Below, piece after piece: positions 1 to 8,969 of a stretch of 64,000 nucleotides of DNA. The position numbers were made by a program, and so were the translations under genes. The stretch is taken from assembly GCA_963828195.1 (NCBI GenBank), contig CAWHDT010000008.1, positions 1-64,000 of the forward strand, written 5' to 3'. The notes under the pieces are model-generated. The model had not been told where the DNA came from and did no database searches. It saw nothing but the letters and a program-made list of their open reading frames with translations. The stretch comes from Candidatus Bathyarchaeota archaeon (GTDB taxonomy: Archaea > Thermoproteota > Bathyarchaeia > Bathyarchaeales > Bathycorpusculaceae). Position 1 is the first letter of the stretch. Each line of letters starts with the position of its first letter.

Positions 1-48
1 TCATTTGCCTGTTGATTCAAACGAAATTGATGCGTTAGAAAGGTTGAG

Positions 49-414
49 TTAACCTAAAAGGAAGGGCAATTGGGTTTTTAGTTGGGTTATGTGTTTTTGA
101 ACGATTTTTACAAGTTGGCGTCTAAGCTTTTCTCCCGAAATATTGGGCTGAATGAAGCACAAGCGTTCAGTTAATTCCTCGTCGCCAAGAGTATCTTGTA
201 CCCATTTTTGAAAATCGCCACGCGGATAATGGAACAATAGAGATTGTTCGTCGATTGTTTCCAGTTTTGCCGCGAAGTCAGGCAGACTTGTGGCAGTTAT
301 CCCAGTGTAGACACCGTTCGCCGCGGTGAAGTGAAAGCCACTATCGAAAGAAACAGGCTTCAGGATTTTTGAAGCATCCTCTTTAGAAATTTCTTGTTGC
401 ATATTTATAACCAC
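49..414 (-). CDS. DUF5752-family protein
   Basis: GFHF...TGITATSLPDF...IDEQSLLFHYPRGDFQKWVQDTLGDEEL pattern typical of DUF5752; the start may be the ATG at 402. Confidence 0.75.
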   Translation of the reverse strand: MVINMQQEISKEDASKILKPVSFDSGFHFTAANGVYTGITATSLPDFAAKLETIDEQSLLFHYPRGDFQKWVQDTLGDEELTERLCFIQPNISGEKLRRQLVKIVQKHITQLKTQLPFLLG

Positions 415-554
415 CAGCGGTTAGCAACTGTGTCTTGGCAATTGATATATCGATATGTGATTGTGCTAGTACAGTCACAAATTTGTGTATTCAATTTTTC
501 GCGGTTTTTTTTTATCAAGACAGGTGGGTAACATGGTCAACGTCTGAAGCACAT

Positions 555-1562
555 CTACTCAATTCGGAAAAGCCTTGCGGCGTTTCCGCCAAGAATCATT
601 TCTTTCTCTTCTTCAGATATATTGAGCGCTTTTATGTTCTCGATGATTTTGGGTGTATCTCCCCAAGGATAGTCAGTACCAAAAAGCATGTGAGAAGAAC
701 CGTAGAAGCCGTAGGCAAGATCCATCGCTGGTTTCCACATTCCTTCTGCAGTGTCAACGTAGAACATTTTCAGGTATTCAATAGGCGTCTTTTTCAGCGG
801 GGTCGGTGGAGCGCCATTCTTGCCTTGTCCCAGTACGAACCCGTTGATTCTTCCAGCCATCAGCGGGATAAGTGTTCCCAAATGGTGAGTTACAATTTTC
901 AGGTCAGGATGCCTTTCCAAAACGCCACCTCGGAAAACGCGAAATGTGGCAAGAGTAGTATCTATGCCCCAACCCATCATCATGTTCATGTTGTAATCGT
1001 CATTCATCCAATCATAAATTGTCCTGATGTACGAGGGATGAATCCACAGCCCGCAGCCAAGCTGGCTGACCTTTGCGTAGAACGGCTCAAACTCTGGCAA
1101 GTCAAGCGGTTTACCCCTCACGTTCGAGAGAATCTGGACACCGAGCAAGCCAAGATCTTTAACCGCTCTTTGCGTTTCCTCAACCGCCGCCTCTACATCA
1201 AGAAGAGAAACCGTGGCTACCCCCTTGAAACGCCCACCTGAATTTTTGGCGATCTTGGCGATGCCGTCGTTTGCTGCCTTGTATATCTTATTGAAATCTT
1301 CAATGGGAACATTTAAGGGCAAATCGTCAAACGTTGGTCCTGGAAGAGAAAGAATCTGCTTATCTATTCCGAACTTTTTCATTTGGCTTATGCGATAATC
1401 CAAGTCAGTTATTGACTTTCCTTTCCCTCCTGCGGGATTGTCGGAAGAGAGAAAAGTTACCATTTGGGGAAGCGGCTTGGGCAATGCGTCCAAATACTCT
1501 TTAGGATAAAAATGGTTGAACACATCAATAATCAAGGACAACATCTCCCTTGTAGTAAACAA
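555..1562 (-). CDS. Amidohydrolase_2 family protein (ACMSD/decarboxylase-like)
   Basis: IIDVFNHFYP, LWIHP, HHLG, FYVDTA and LFGTDYPW metal-binding motifs; LGGNAARLF C-terminus. Confidence 0.85.
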   Translation of the reverse strand: MFTTREMLSLIIDVFNHFYPKEYLDALPKPLPQMVTFLSSDNPAGGKGKSITDLDYRISQMKKFGIDKQILSLPGPTFDDLPLNVPIEDFNKIYKAANDGIAKIAKNSGGRFKGVATVSLLDVEAAVEETQRAVKDLGLLGVQILSNVRGKPLDLPEFEPFYAKVSQLGCGLWIHPSYIRTIYDWMNDDYNMNMMMGWGIDTTLATFRVFRGGVLERHPDLKIVTHHLGTLIPLMAGRINGFVLGQGKNGAPPTPLKKTPIEYLKMFYVDTAEGMWKPAMDLAYGFYGSSHMLFGTDYPWGDTPKIIENIKALNISEEEKEMILGGNAARLFRIE

Positions 1563-1591
1563 AAACAGGAAACTTGAACAAAGATTTAAAG

Positions 1592-3058
1592 TTAATTGAT
1601 GTTTGCATCTTTAAAGAAAAGCCGTGTTTCCCCCATTGTTTTGATGTCTAAAGCTCTGACGCGGGCTACTATGGGGAAGTCGCTTACGACTTTGCCAAGT
1701 GTGAGGCAGTGGTGGGGAGGGAGGTCTCGGGCGATTGACCGCACGGTTTCTGCGTCTACCCTTGCGGCTCGGCTGACGACGTCTAGGTCGTGTTCGTTGG
1801 TGAAGTTGAAGAGGAAGATGTTGTCGGCTTGGCGGTAAATTGTTTCTTGAATGGTGTCGGGCTGGTTGGTGATGAAGGTGGTGAATATGCCGAAGTGGCG
1901 CATGCGGGTCACGATGTCATCCCAGTACGTCTCACGCAGATAGAGATGTGCTTCTTCAGCGAAAAGGAACACAGCTTTAAGCTTCCAGTTTGAGAGGGAA
2001 TCAACCAGTTTTCCAAGAGCGTATTCAACTACGATTTGGCGGTCGATATTTGAAGTGTTTTTGAGGTTTATGACGATGGCGCCGCCTTGATCCTTCGCTT
2101 TCAAGATGCTTTCATCCAGCAGCGTCGCTTCGCCTATAGAGTCGGTGAAGAAGCCCGAGTTGGCGAGAGAATGGAAGCGGGAAGCTAACGCGTCGCGTAC
2201 ATGCTGGTTGCAGTTTAAGTCGCGGATGGCTTCACCTAAATTCTGCATGTTTAGCTTGCCTTGTTCTTTAAGCATTTTCCATATTCGGCGGAATTCGCGG
2301 GCTGAAGTTCCCGGCAGATGCAGCGCATTTACCAGTATCCCCATTACAGTGTTTAAGTGGAGTTGCTCAAGGGCGACTTTGAAGTTCTGACCCGGAGTTA
2401 AAGTGTGGATTTTGTCGTAGTACATGTTTCTTTTGCCGTCGTTACTCATGCCTAAACTGGTGTATTCACCGTTCAAATCGAAGATAACGACTGTCGCCTT
2501 GTACCCCACGAGATTAACCATTAAAAGCTTGGACAAGTGGGATTTGCCGCATCCCTTCTTCCCCGTAATAATGTTTAACGTGCCGTCTATCGCAGATGCA
2601 TCAATCGTTAAAAGCGATGCGTCTTTGGTGCCGCCCAAAATAATCGGAAGCTTACCGTCAACCTTTGCCAGCTTCATAAGCATGGGGATGGAGAGTTTTT
2701 TTATGGTTGATTGGGATCTGCTGGGAAGCCAGCTGCTGCTTGGACTCAACATTCCGTTCTCCAGTGTCGCCCTAATCTTGCAAATCAGTAAGCTGGCGTC
2801 TTGGATGTAGGTGATGTGGGGAGCGATTTCCATGGGGTCGATGTCTTCGCCCTGTAGGGGTTCGCCTCCGTCCGGCAAGGTTCGCAAAAGCTCCTCAAGC
2901 ACGCCTGGAACCGCCGCAAACTGGACATCGATGACCTGCGCGATTAAAGCTTTAGCAGCATCCTGATCCTCCACCAGCAAGTAATCTCCTTTTTCAGCGC
3001 TCTCAGTCGGGAAACTGATGATTTGCAGTACGTTGCCTTCTTTTCTGTAGAGTTTCAT
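1592..3058 (-). CDS. herA: HerA/FtsK-family ATPase (DUF87 type) with N-terminal HAS-barrel-like region
   Basis: Walker A GKKGCGKS, IFDLNGEY, Walker B FLFAEEAH, arginine-finger region TRMRHFG, ITNQP; 4-bp overlap with the upstream nurA. Confidence 0.85.
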   Translation of the reverse strand: MKLYRKEGNVLQIISFPTESAEKGDYLLVEDQDAAKALIAQVIDVQFAAVPGVLEELLRTLPDGGEPLQGEDIDPMEIAPHITYIQDASLLICKIRATLENGMLSPSSSWLPSRSQSTIKKLSIPMLMKLAKVDGKLPIILGGTKDASLLTIDASAIDGTLNIITGKKGCGKSHLSKLLMVNLVGYKATVVIFDLNGEYTSLGMSNDGKRNMYYDKIHTLTPGQNFKVALEQLHLNTVMGILVNALHLPGTSAREFRRIWKMLKEQGKLNMQNLGEAIRDLNCNQHVRDALASRFHSLANSGFFTDSIGEATLLDESILKAKDQGGAIVINLKNTSNIDRQIVVEYALGKLVDSLSNWKLKAVFLFAEEAHLYLRETYWDDIVTRMRHFGIFTTFITNQPDTIQETIYRQADNIFLFNFTNEHDLDVVSRAARVDAETVRSIARDLPPHHCLTLGKVVSDFPIVARVRALDIKTMGETRLFFKDANIN

Positions 3059-4134
3059 GCGTAGAGTTCCCCCGAGCCGAAAGGTCCGAAAAGCAGCCGA
3101 TGCATATCTGGGCGATTAATCATTTGTATGCCGTGTTTGCGGGTAATGAAGTGTTTAATTGCTAAGACTTCGTTGGCGGTGAAAGCGCAAAGGATATGTG
3201 AGAGCCGCAGGGTTTCAGGGTAGCTCTGCGTGTAGAGGTCATTGCCGATTAACTTCTGCAAAGCAACCATTCTCTGCTCCACCGGCGTCTCTTTGTCAAT
3301 ATCTAAGCGGAAAGCAAAGTTTGCCCTGTTAAGCCGCGCCACATAAACCTCGCCCAGCAAAATTATCGGCGATTTAAAATGCAAGCCCGAGGTTTCAAGC
3401 AGGTACGGCGGTTCATGGTTGGGAAGCTGCTCAGTTATCAAGATGCCGTTTGCCCTAAGCGTTGTGGCTTTTGAGAAGGCAAGTACGGTGCTGCCGTTTC
3501 TTCGGGCATAACTTAGAATTTCCCTGAGGCGCTGAGCGGGCGTGTCAAGAGTGCCTGAGATCAAAGAGCCATCAAAAAGTATTACGCCGTGACTCACGGT
3601 TTTCGCAAGCATCGTTTGCATCCACCGCTCCAGCAGGCTGGCGAGCCGCGTGGGCATCTGCATAATGTTCGGGGAGGCTTGGTGAATGCTGCTGTAAGTT
3701 GTGCTGAAATAGGCATGTTCCAGCGTGTTGTAGACAGCGTTTTTGTTGTCTTCGGTTATGTGGAATATGAAGGGTCCCAGTCGCGTGTATTTGTAGGCTC
3801 GGTTTTGGCGCCACGTGATTGCGCCTCGAATGGCGATTATCATGCCGGTGCTTGTTTCCCCGATTTTTATTGTTGAGGTGTCTACGGCGGCGACTAGGGT
3901 TTCTTGGTGGTCTGGTTTTATGGGGATTGGTTCTGGTTTGAGCTGTAGGCTGGATGGGTATTGTTCGGTTACACTGAATTGTTGGAGGTTTGGGGGGGTT
4001 AGCTGGAAGGGTTGGTGCTGTACTTGTTTGAGGGAGTTGAGGCTTTGCTCCAGAAAGCGTTGTGGGAGTGCTGTGTCGATGGTTGGTTGTGGAAAGTTAT
4101 ATTTGTCAGTAATTGTATATTGTTCAATCACCAT
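3055..4134 (-). CDS. nurA: NurA-family nuclease
   Basis: AAVDTS, ILFDGSL, LAFSKAT and C-terminal SYPETLRLSH motifs of the NurA RNase H-like fold; P/Q-rich N-terminal extension. Confidence 0.8.
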   Translation of the reverse strand: MVIEQYTITDKYNFPQPTIDTALPQRFLEQSLNSLKQVQHQPFQLTPPNLQQFSVTEQYPSSLQLKPEPIPIKPDHQETLVAAVDTSTIKIGETSTGMIIAIRGAITWRQNRAYKYTRLGPFIFHITEDNKNAVYNTLEHAYFSTTYSSIHQASPNIMQMPTRLASLLERWMQTMLAKTVSHGVILFDGSLISGTLDTPAQRLREILSYARRNGSTVLAFSKATTLRANGILITEQLPNHEPPYLLETSGLHFKSPIILLGEVYVARLNRANFAFRLDIDKETPVEQRMVALQKLIGNDLYTQSYPETLRLSHILCAFTANEVLAIKHFITRKHGIQMINRPDMHRLLFGPFGSGELYA

Positions 4135-4136
4135 GA

Positions 4137-4202
4137 TTCACCAATATTCAATATCTTATTGGTGAAATATTTAAATATTGTGCATGCGCATCTTGCACAA
4201 TA
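4137..4202. promoter_or_regulatory. Bidirectional promoter with a palindromic TATA core flanked by two inverted repeats
   Basis: TTCACCAATA-N10-TATTGGTGAA (4137-4166), palindrome AATATTTAAATATT (4166-4179), TATTGTGCA-N9-TGCACAATA (4176-4202), all between divergent genes. Confidence 0.65.
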
Positions 4203-4223
4203 CAATATACAACAAGTGAGAAC

Positions 4224-4631
4224 TTGACAGAAAAACAGCAAAACCCTCCAATACGCGTAAAAATGAAAATCGGCGACATAGAATTCGAAATCGAAGCCCA
4301 ACCAGACCAAATCCAAACAGCCGTAGACAGAATACTCGCCACAGTCACCGAACGCCTAAAAAACACCAACCTCGCCCAAGTAGCCGAACGCCCAGCCCCG
4401 CCCCCCCGAGCCGAAACCTGCAAAGGCATAATCCAAAAACTCTGGGAAGAAAACTGGTTCAGCGAACCCAAAGGCCTCGACGATGTCCACACCGAACTCG
4501 CCAGACGCGGATTCCACTACGACCGCACTGCAGTAGCCCACGCACTAGTAGACCTCGTCAAAGACAACATACTCACACGCATAGGCAAACCACGCAGATA
4601 CCAATACGCACAAAAAAGACCACCAACCTGA
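4224..4631 (+). CDS. Small DNA-binding protein: N-terminal beta-hairpin/coiled segment plus C-terminal winged helix
   Basis: WFSEPKGLDDVHTELARRGFHYDRTAVAHALVDLVKDNILTRIGKPRRYQY has helix-turn-helix plus wing spacing; Pro-rich linker. Confidence 0.7.
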   Translation: MTEKQQNPPIRVKMKIGDIEFEIEAQPDQIQTAVDRILATVTERLKNTNLAQVAERPAPPPRAETCKGIIQKLWEENWFSEPKGLDDVHTELARRGFHYDRTAVAHALVDLVKDNILTRIGKPRRYQYAQKRPPT

Positions 4632-4693
4632 CAGATGTAAAAAAAAATCTACGGTTGCCAAATTTTAAATAGTAATTTTACCTACACCGTTTC

Positions 4694-5185
4694 ATGCAAA
4701 TTACTGATTTAATGCGTTACAATCACGTTGTTCGTGGACTCTACCTTGATGCTATGGCAAAGTTGCCTTGGGCGGCAGTGGTTGAGCCTAAGGGGTTAAG
4801 TTTTGATTCGATGCGTAATGTGTTTTTGCATTTAACGTTTGTTGAAGACAGGTGGATAAACTACATCATCCCTGGCCGTTTCGGTGATTGGGTTGACCTA
4901 AACTTTGACGATTTCAAAGACATCAACTCACTGAAAAAATACGTGCAGCAAACAGAAATTAAGACTGAAAAGTACTTGGAGAAACTCCCGCATGAAGAAT
5001 TGAGTAGGCAAATCAGTATTCCTTGGGGAAATATTCCGGGCACAAGCATCAGCATCGAAACGTCTCTTTGCCAAATAGTCATGGAAGACATGATTCACTA
5101 TGGCGAATTATCAGCGCTTTTGTGGCAAATGAACCTCGAAGCCCCATACCTTGGCTTTTGGCGATACAAACACCTGCACCCATAG
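4694..5185 (+). CDS. DinB/YfiT-family protein
   Basis: YNH, SMRNVFLHL..VEDRW and HYGELSALLWQM motifs. Confidence 0.8.
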   Translation: MQITDLMRYNHVVRGLYLDAMAKLPWAAVVEPKGLSFDSMRNVFLHLTFVEDRWINYIIPGRFGDWVDLNFDDFKDINSLKKYVQQTEIKTEKYLEKLPHEELSRQISIPWGNIPGTSISIETSLCQIVMEDMIHYGELSALLWQMNLEAPYLGFWRYKHLHP

Positions 5186-5259
5186 ATTCGCAAGGAGGTT
5201 TATGGTTTTTTTGTCCTATTTGATTAATATGACTTTGAAAAGTTAATTGTAAGTCGAAG

Positions 5260-5763
5260 TTAAAATTTACTGATGTTTGCAGCTTGCTGAATACCGGATG
5301 CGAGTTCAGGGTAGACTGTCTCAGGATCAGCATATTTGTTAAGGTATTTGAACGCGCCGAGATTCAGTGCTTTGGTTGCGACCTCTCGTCCATTTCTTGT
5401 GAAAAGTATGAAGGGCGTGTTTTGCGTGTTCTTTTTTAATTCTTCGAGAAATTTGAGTCCATTTTTTCCAGGCATTTCGTACTCTGAAACAACAACGTCA
5501 TAATGAAATTTCTGTAGTTTCTCGAAGGCTTCATAAACGTTGGTGGCTGTTTCAACCTTAATTTTGCCGTCCATTTCCAAAATTCGTTTGGAAACCTTTA
5601 AGAAAATGTCGTCGTTGTCGACATACAATACTCTGAGGAAACATTCAGTATTTGTTAACTGCAATTCGACCAATGGCTGAAAAGCTGTCTCACCCATTAT
5701 GCTTAAGGGTTTGATTTTTCCTGCCGTGTCTTGGTTTTTCTGTAGTTGTGTTGTACTGTTCAT
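5260..5763 (-). CDS. Stand-alone receiver (REC) domain protein, atypical
   Basis: RVLYVDND, YDVVVSEYEMPGKNGLKFL, PFILFT, ALNLGAFKYLNK; the phospho-acceptor Asp position reads Glu; start uncertain. Confidence 0.8.
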   Translation of the reverse strand: MNSTTQLQKNQDTAGKIKPLSIMGETAFQPLVELQLTNTECFLRVLYVDNDDIFLKVSKRILEMDGKIKVETATNVYEAFEKLQKFHYDVVVSEYEMPGKNGLKFLEELKKNTQNTPFILFTRNGREVATKALNLGAFKYLNKYADPETVYPELASGIQQAANISKF

Positions 5764-6027
5764 TTGTTGCACTCCCCTACAGTAACGTGCTATAGTAAGT
5801 CTCAATATATGCATTGTTTTGAGATTTGATGTATTCTAAAAACCGATATATATCCAAATCTAATCTAACAAGTAGACGAATAGGTTCACCTAAGAAAAAT
5901 GGAACGGTTGAACCACTTTACTTTGGCTTTTGTCGCCACAAATGCAGGCATTTTTAGATTAGCAAGGTTTATAGTTTAATCTTTTCATTGTATTCATGCG
6001 ATTTCTAAAGGTTAATTGTAGGCGGAG

Positions 6028-6483
6028 GTGAAATTTATGGCTGATATTATAGATACTGCCATGGGTTCAGACATGTTCAAGACACTTGTAATGGCAATAA
6101 AAACTGCAGGACTAGTTGACACCCTCAAAGGTCCTGGTCCATTCACGGTTTTTGCTCCCACAGATGAAGCATTCGCCAAAGTCCCTAAAGCTGACCTTGA
6201 CATGCTAATGAAAGACACAATGAAGTTGAAGGATGTTCTCTCTTTCCACGTGACTGAAGGCAAAATGATGGCTGCGGACTTGGCGAAGCACGAGTACCTG
6301 CAGGCGATTCAGGGCGGCGAATTAAAGATAGACGCAAAAACCTGGCACCTGCACAGAAACATGAAGATTAACGGTGCAAACATCATAAAACCAGACATGG
6401 TCGTTGACAACGGAGTTATCCACGCAATCGACAAAGTCTTAATGCCCAAAATGGCAATGATGAAAGAACCGCAAAAAATGTAG
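6028..6483 (+). CDS. Fasciclin (FAS1) domain protein
   Basis: GPFTVFAPTDEAF and DNGVIHAIDKVLMP signatures; GGAGGTG RBS suggests a start at the ATG near 6037. Confidence 0.92.
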   Translation: MKFMADIIDTAMGSDMFKTLVMAIKTAGLVDTLKGPGPFTVFAPTDEAFAKVPKADLDMLMKDTMKLKDVLSFHVTEGKMMAADLAKHEYLQAIQGGELKIDAKTWHLHRNMKINGANIIKPDMVVDNGVIHAIDKVLMPKMAMMKEPQKM

Positions 6484-6639
6484 TTAAATCCTGTATAATG
6501 CACAGGAACCTCAATTTTTTTTAAAAATAGTTTCTAATCGGAAAAATGGTCCATTATTAACCCTTATTTGGTGGCTAAATAACAAGCTACACTTATTGGA
6601 TCTGTAAAAAAAAGAAAAGTGAAATTTGGGGTTTATTTA

Positions 6640-6819
6640 CTATTTTTTCGGAGCTGGTTTTTCGCTTGCTTTAGGTTTCGGTTTCGCCGTTGCCTTGACG
6701 GGTTTCATTGGTTCGCCGCAGCAAACTATTTCGGTTGTTTCGCAACCGCATGGTTCCTCAACTAAAAGCACTAGCCCACAATCTTCACATTGATATTTGT
6801 CGCCTTTTTTATTTGCCAA
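6640..6819 (-). CDS. Desulforedoxin-like small Cys-rich metal-binding protein (59 aa, absent from the ORF track)
   Basis: Hand translation MANKKGDKYQCEDCGLVLLVEEPCGCETTEIVCCGEPMKPVKATAKPKPKASEKPAPKK; YxCxxCG...CCGxPM signature; AGGTG RBS before the TTG start. Confidence 0.85.
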   Translation of the reverse strand: MANKKGDKYQCEDCGLVLLVEEPCGCETTEIVCCGEPMKPVKATAKPKPKASEKPAPKK

Positions 6820-6944
6820 AAAATTACACCTGCCTTAAAATTTCGCTACAATATAATGTGACAAACATTCTAATAAAAATATCCAAATTGATCCCGAGCA
6901 GAGGGGGTTTTTTCGGGGATGACCTTACATGAGGTGTGCCAAGT

Positions 6945-7370
6945 TTAGGTTTTGAGTTGTTGTTTTATCTTGTTTGCGGTGACGTCAAGTTTTGCTCTCT
7001 CAACCTCTTTGAGGCTGCTGAAACTTGGCAGTTTCTGGCCTTCGAACCTGGGAACAACGTGGACATGGATGTGAAAAATGTCCTGTCCGGCTGCTTTTCC
7101 GTTTTGCTGAATTATGGTGATGCCATCGCTGTTTATGGCTTTTTTAACTGCTAAAGAAACTTGTTTTGCCGCCTTGTAAATTTGGGTGACGACTTCTTCT
7201 GGGGTGTCAAAGATGTCAACGTAATGTTGTTTTGGAATAACAAGCGTATGCCCCTCGTTTAAAGGTCGTATGTCCAGGAAAGCCATTACTGTTTCATCCT
7301 CATAGATGATGCTTGCCGCAGCCTGTTTTCTCATTATTTTACAAAATATACAGGATTCATCAAAGCCCAA
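6945..7370 (-). CDS. HIT-family nucleotide hydrolase
   Basis: CIFCKI, AFLDIRP, GHTLVIPK and the HIHVHVVPR histidine triad. Confidence 0.93.
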   Translation of the reverse strand: MGFDESCIFCKIMRKQAAASIIYEDETVMAFLDIRPLNEGHTLVIPKQHYVDIFDTPEEVVTQIYKAAKQVSLAVKKAINSDGITIIQQNGKAAGQDIFHIHVHVVPRFEGQKLPSFSSLKEVERAKLDVTANKIKQQLKT

Positions 7371-7458
7371 ATCAACTCACCACTAAGCTAGCGCTTCTGC
7401 AATCAGTTTATATGTTATGGCACTTCATATTTATTTCACTGAACCCGAGGTTAAAAAA

Positions 7459-7746
7459 ATGACCGAGTTAGAAGATAAAGTACGCACAGAAGTAGGCAAA
7501 GTGCAAGACCCAGAAACGGGACAAACATTCGAAGAAATGCAGATGATCCAAAGCGTAAAAGAAACCGAGCCGGGCACAGTCACAGTGGAGTTCGTACCGA
7601 CCAGCCCATTCTGCCCCATAGCCTTCAAACTTGCTGCAGACATCAAAGCCGCAGCAAAATCAGTTCCAGGCATAAAAAAAGCAGTAGTTTACTGCCGCGG
7701 ACACGCGATGGAGCAGCAAATCAACGAAATGACCAACAAGCAATAA
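7459..7746 (+). CDS. DUF59 / SufT-PaaD-like Fe-S cluster assembly protein
   Basis: VQDPE and PTSPFCP motifs; GAGGT RBS before the ATG at 7459. Confidence 0.8.
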   Translation: MTELEDKVRTEVGKVQDPETGQTFEEMQMIQSVKETEPGTVTVEFVPTSPFCPIAFKLAADIKAAAKSVPGIKKAVVYCRGHAMEQQINEMTNKQ

Positions 7747-7802
7747 AACAAATTTTTCTTCAGTTCTTTTTCGATTACTTTAAAAAAACAAAAAAAATTG
7801 GA

Positions 7803-8102
7803 TTATCTGATGAATCCGCAGTTTCGGCTATGAGATTCTTCGATGTCCGTGGAGTCACTATAATCTTTGAAGCCCGTGTGAAGCTTCGCCCTGATTTCAA
7901 AGCGCAGTCTGGAAACATTTTTTGCGTAACGCTTCATCATTGCAAATAGTCTATAGAAGTTCATTTGGCTAGCAATCGCCAAGAAAGCAAACATGCTGAT
8001 TACTGCAAACATGTAGAGCGGATTTATTAGAACGACGATTAACCCCGTTGTCGCCAGCAGGGCAAGATAAACAATGCTTCTCAGTTTTCGCATATTTATC
8101 AC
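7803..8102 (-). CDS. Small hypothetical membrane protein (two N-terminal TM helices)
   Basis: Hydrophobic N-terminal hairpin followed by a basic tail; GGTGA RBS-like sequence. Confidence 0.5.
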   Translation of the reverse strand: MINMRKLRSIVYLALLATTGLIVVLINPLYMFAVISMFAFLAIASQMNFYRLFAMMKRYAKNVSRLRFEIRAKLHTGFKDYSDSTDIEESHSRNCGFIR

Positions 8103-8198
8103 CGAAACTGGATAAGGGGATGTTGCTTAAAGGCTTTATGACCCCAAAAGTCTTTGCGCCTAGAAAGAAAAGAAGAAGAAGAATCGTCAGTTCAAGTG

Positions 8199-8969
8199 CT
8201 ATTTCATTCTGGAGAACGCCCATGTGCCGATGATGACCATAATGCCGTCGAAGAGCGCGATGACTCCAATGTCAACCCATAATGATTGAATTTGGAAAGG
8301 CGTCCAAGCGGCACCCAAAGTAACGTGTCTGAGTGCGTCGACGCCATAAGTTAGGGGGTTCCACACCGCGATGTCCGTCAGCCAACTTGGAAGTCCGCCG
8401 CCTTTAAGGAGAAACAATGCACCGCTTAGAAAGAACAATGGCAGGTTCACGAATGTCTGGATGGCGCCGAACCCCTCAAGGTTGTTCATGAAGCTTGCAA
8501 TCGTTAATCCGATGCTTACCAAGCCAAAACTGATAAGCAGCATAATGGGTAGAGCGTACAGAATCGTTATTGGGCTTATTGGGATACCGATGGCTAAGCC
8601 GATGGCGAAAACAATTATCCCCTGCATAAAAGCATCGGTACTGTCCCCAACCATCTTTCCCAGAAAAATTGTCAATCTGGAAACTGGTGCAACCAACGTT
8701 TCTTTCATGAAGCCGAATTCTTTGTCCCAAATAACGTTTATGCCCATGAACATGGCCGTGAAAAGCATTGTCTGACCCACTATGCCTGGAAGCAGCACCT
8801 GCAGGTAGTTTAAGCCAGGCGGCAAAACGATTCGTGCGGCGAAAGCTGCGCCGAAAATTATGAGCCACAGCAGAGGCTGAACGAAGCTTGTTACAAGCCG
8901 CGTTCTGTCACGGATGAACCGTTTGATTTCTCTTAGCCACAGACTATAGAAGCCGCGGGTTTCGCTCAT
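8199..8969 (-). CDS. ABC-2 type exporter permease (DrrB-like)
   Basis: WDKEFGFMKETLVAPVSR, PLFFLSGA and NPLTYGVDALR motifs; overlaps the ATPase gene. Confidence 0.9.
   Translation of the reverse strand: MSETRGFYSLWLREIKRFIRDRTRLVTSFVQPLLWLIIFGAAFAARIVLPPGLNYLQVLLPGIVGQTMLFTAMFMGINVIWDKEFGFMKETLVAPVSRLTIFLGKMVGDSTDAFMQGIIVFAIGLAIGIPISPITILYALPIMLLISFGLVSIGLTIASFMNNLEGFGAIQTFVNLPLFFLSGALFLLKGGGLPSWLTDIAVWNPLTYGVDALRHVTLGAAWTPFQIQSLWVDIGVIALFDGIMVIIGTWAFSRMK

Noticed and set aside
435-1241. 268-aa plus-strand ORF
   Set aside because: Antisense shadow of the amidohydrolase; no recognisable motifs
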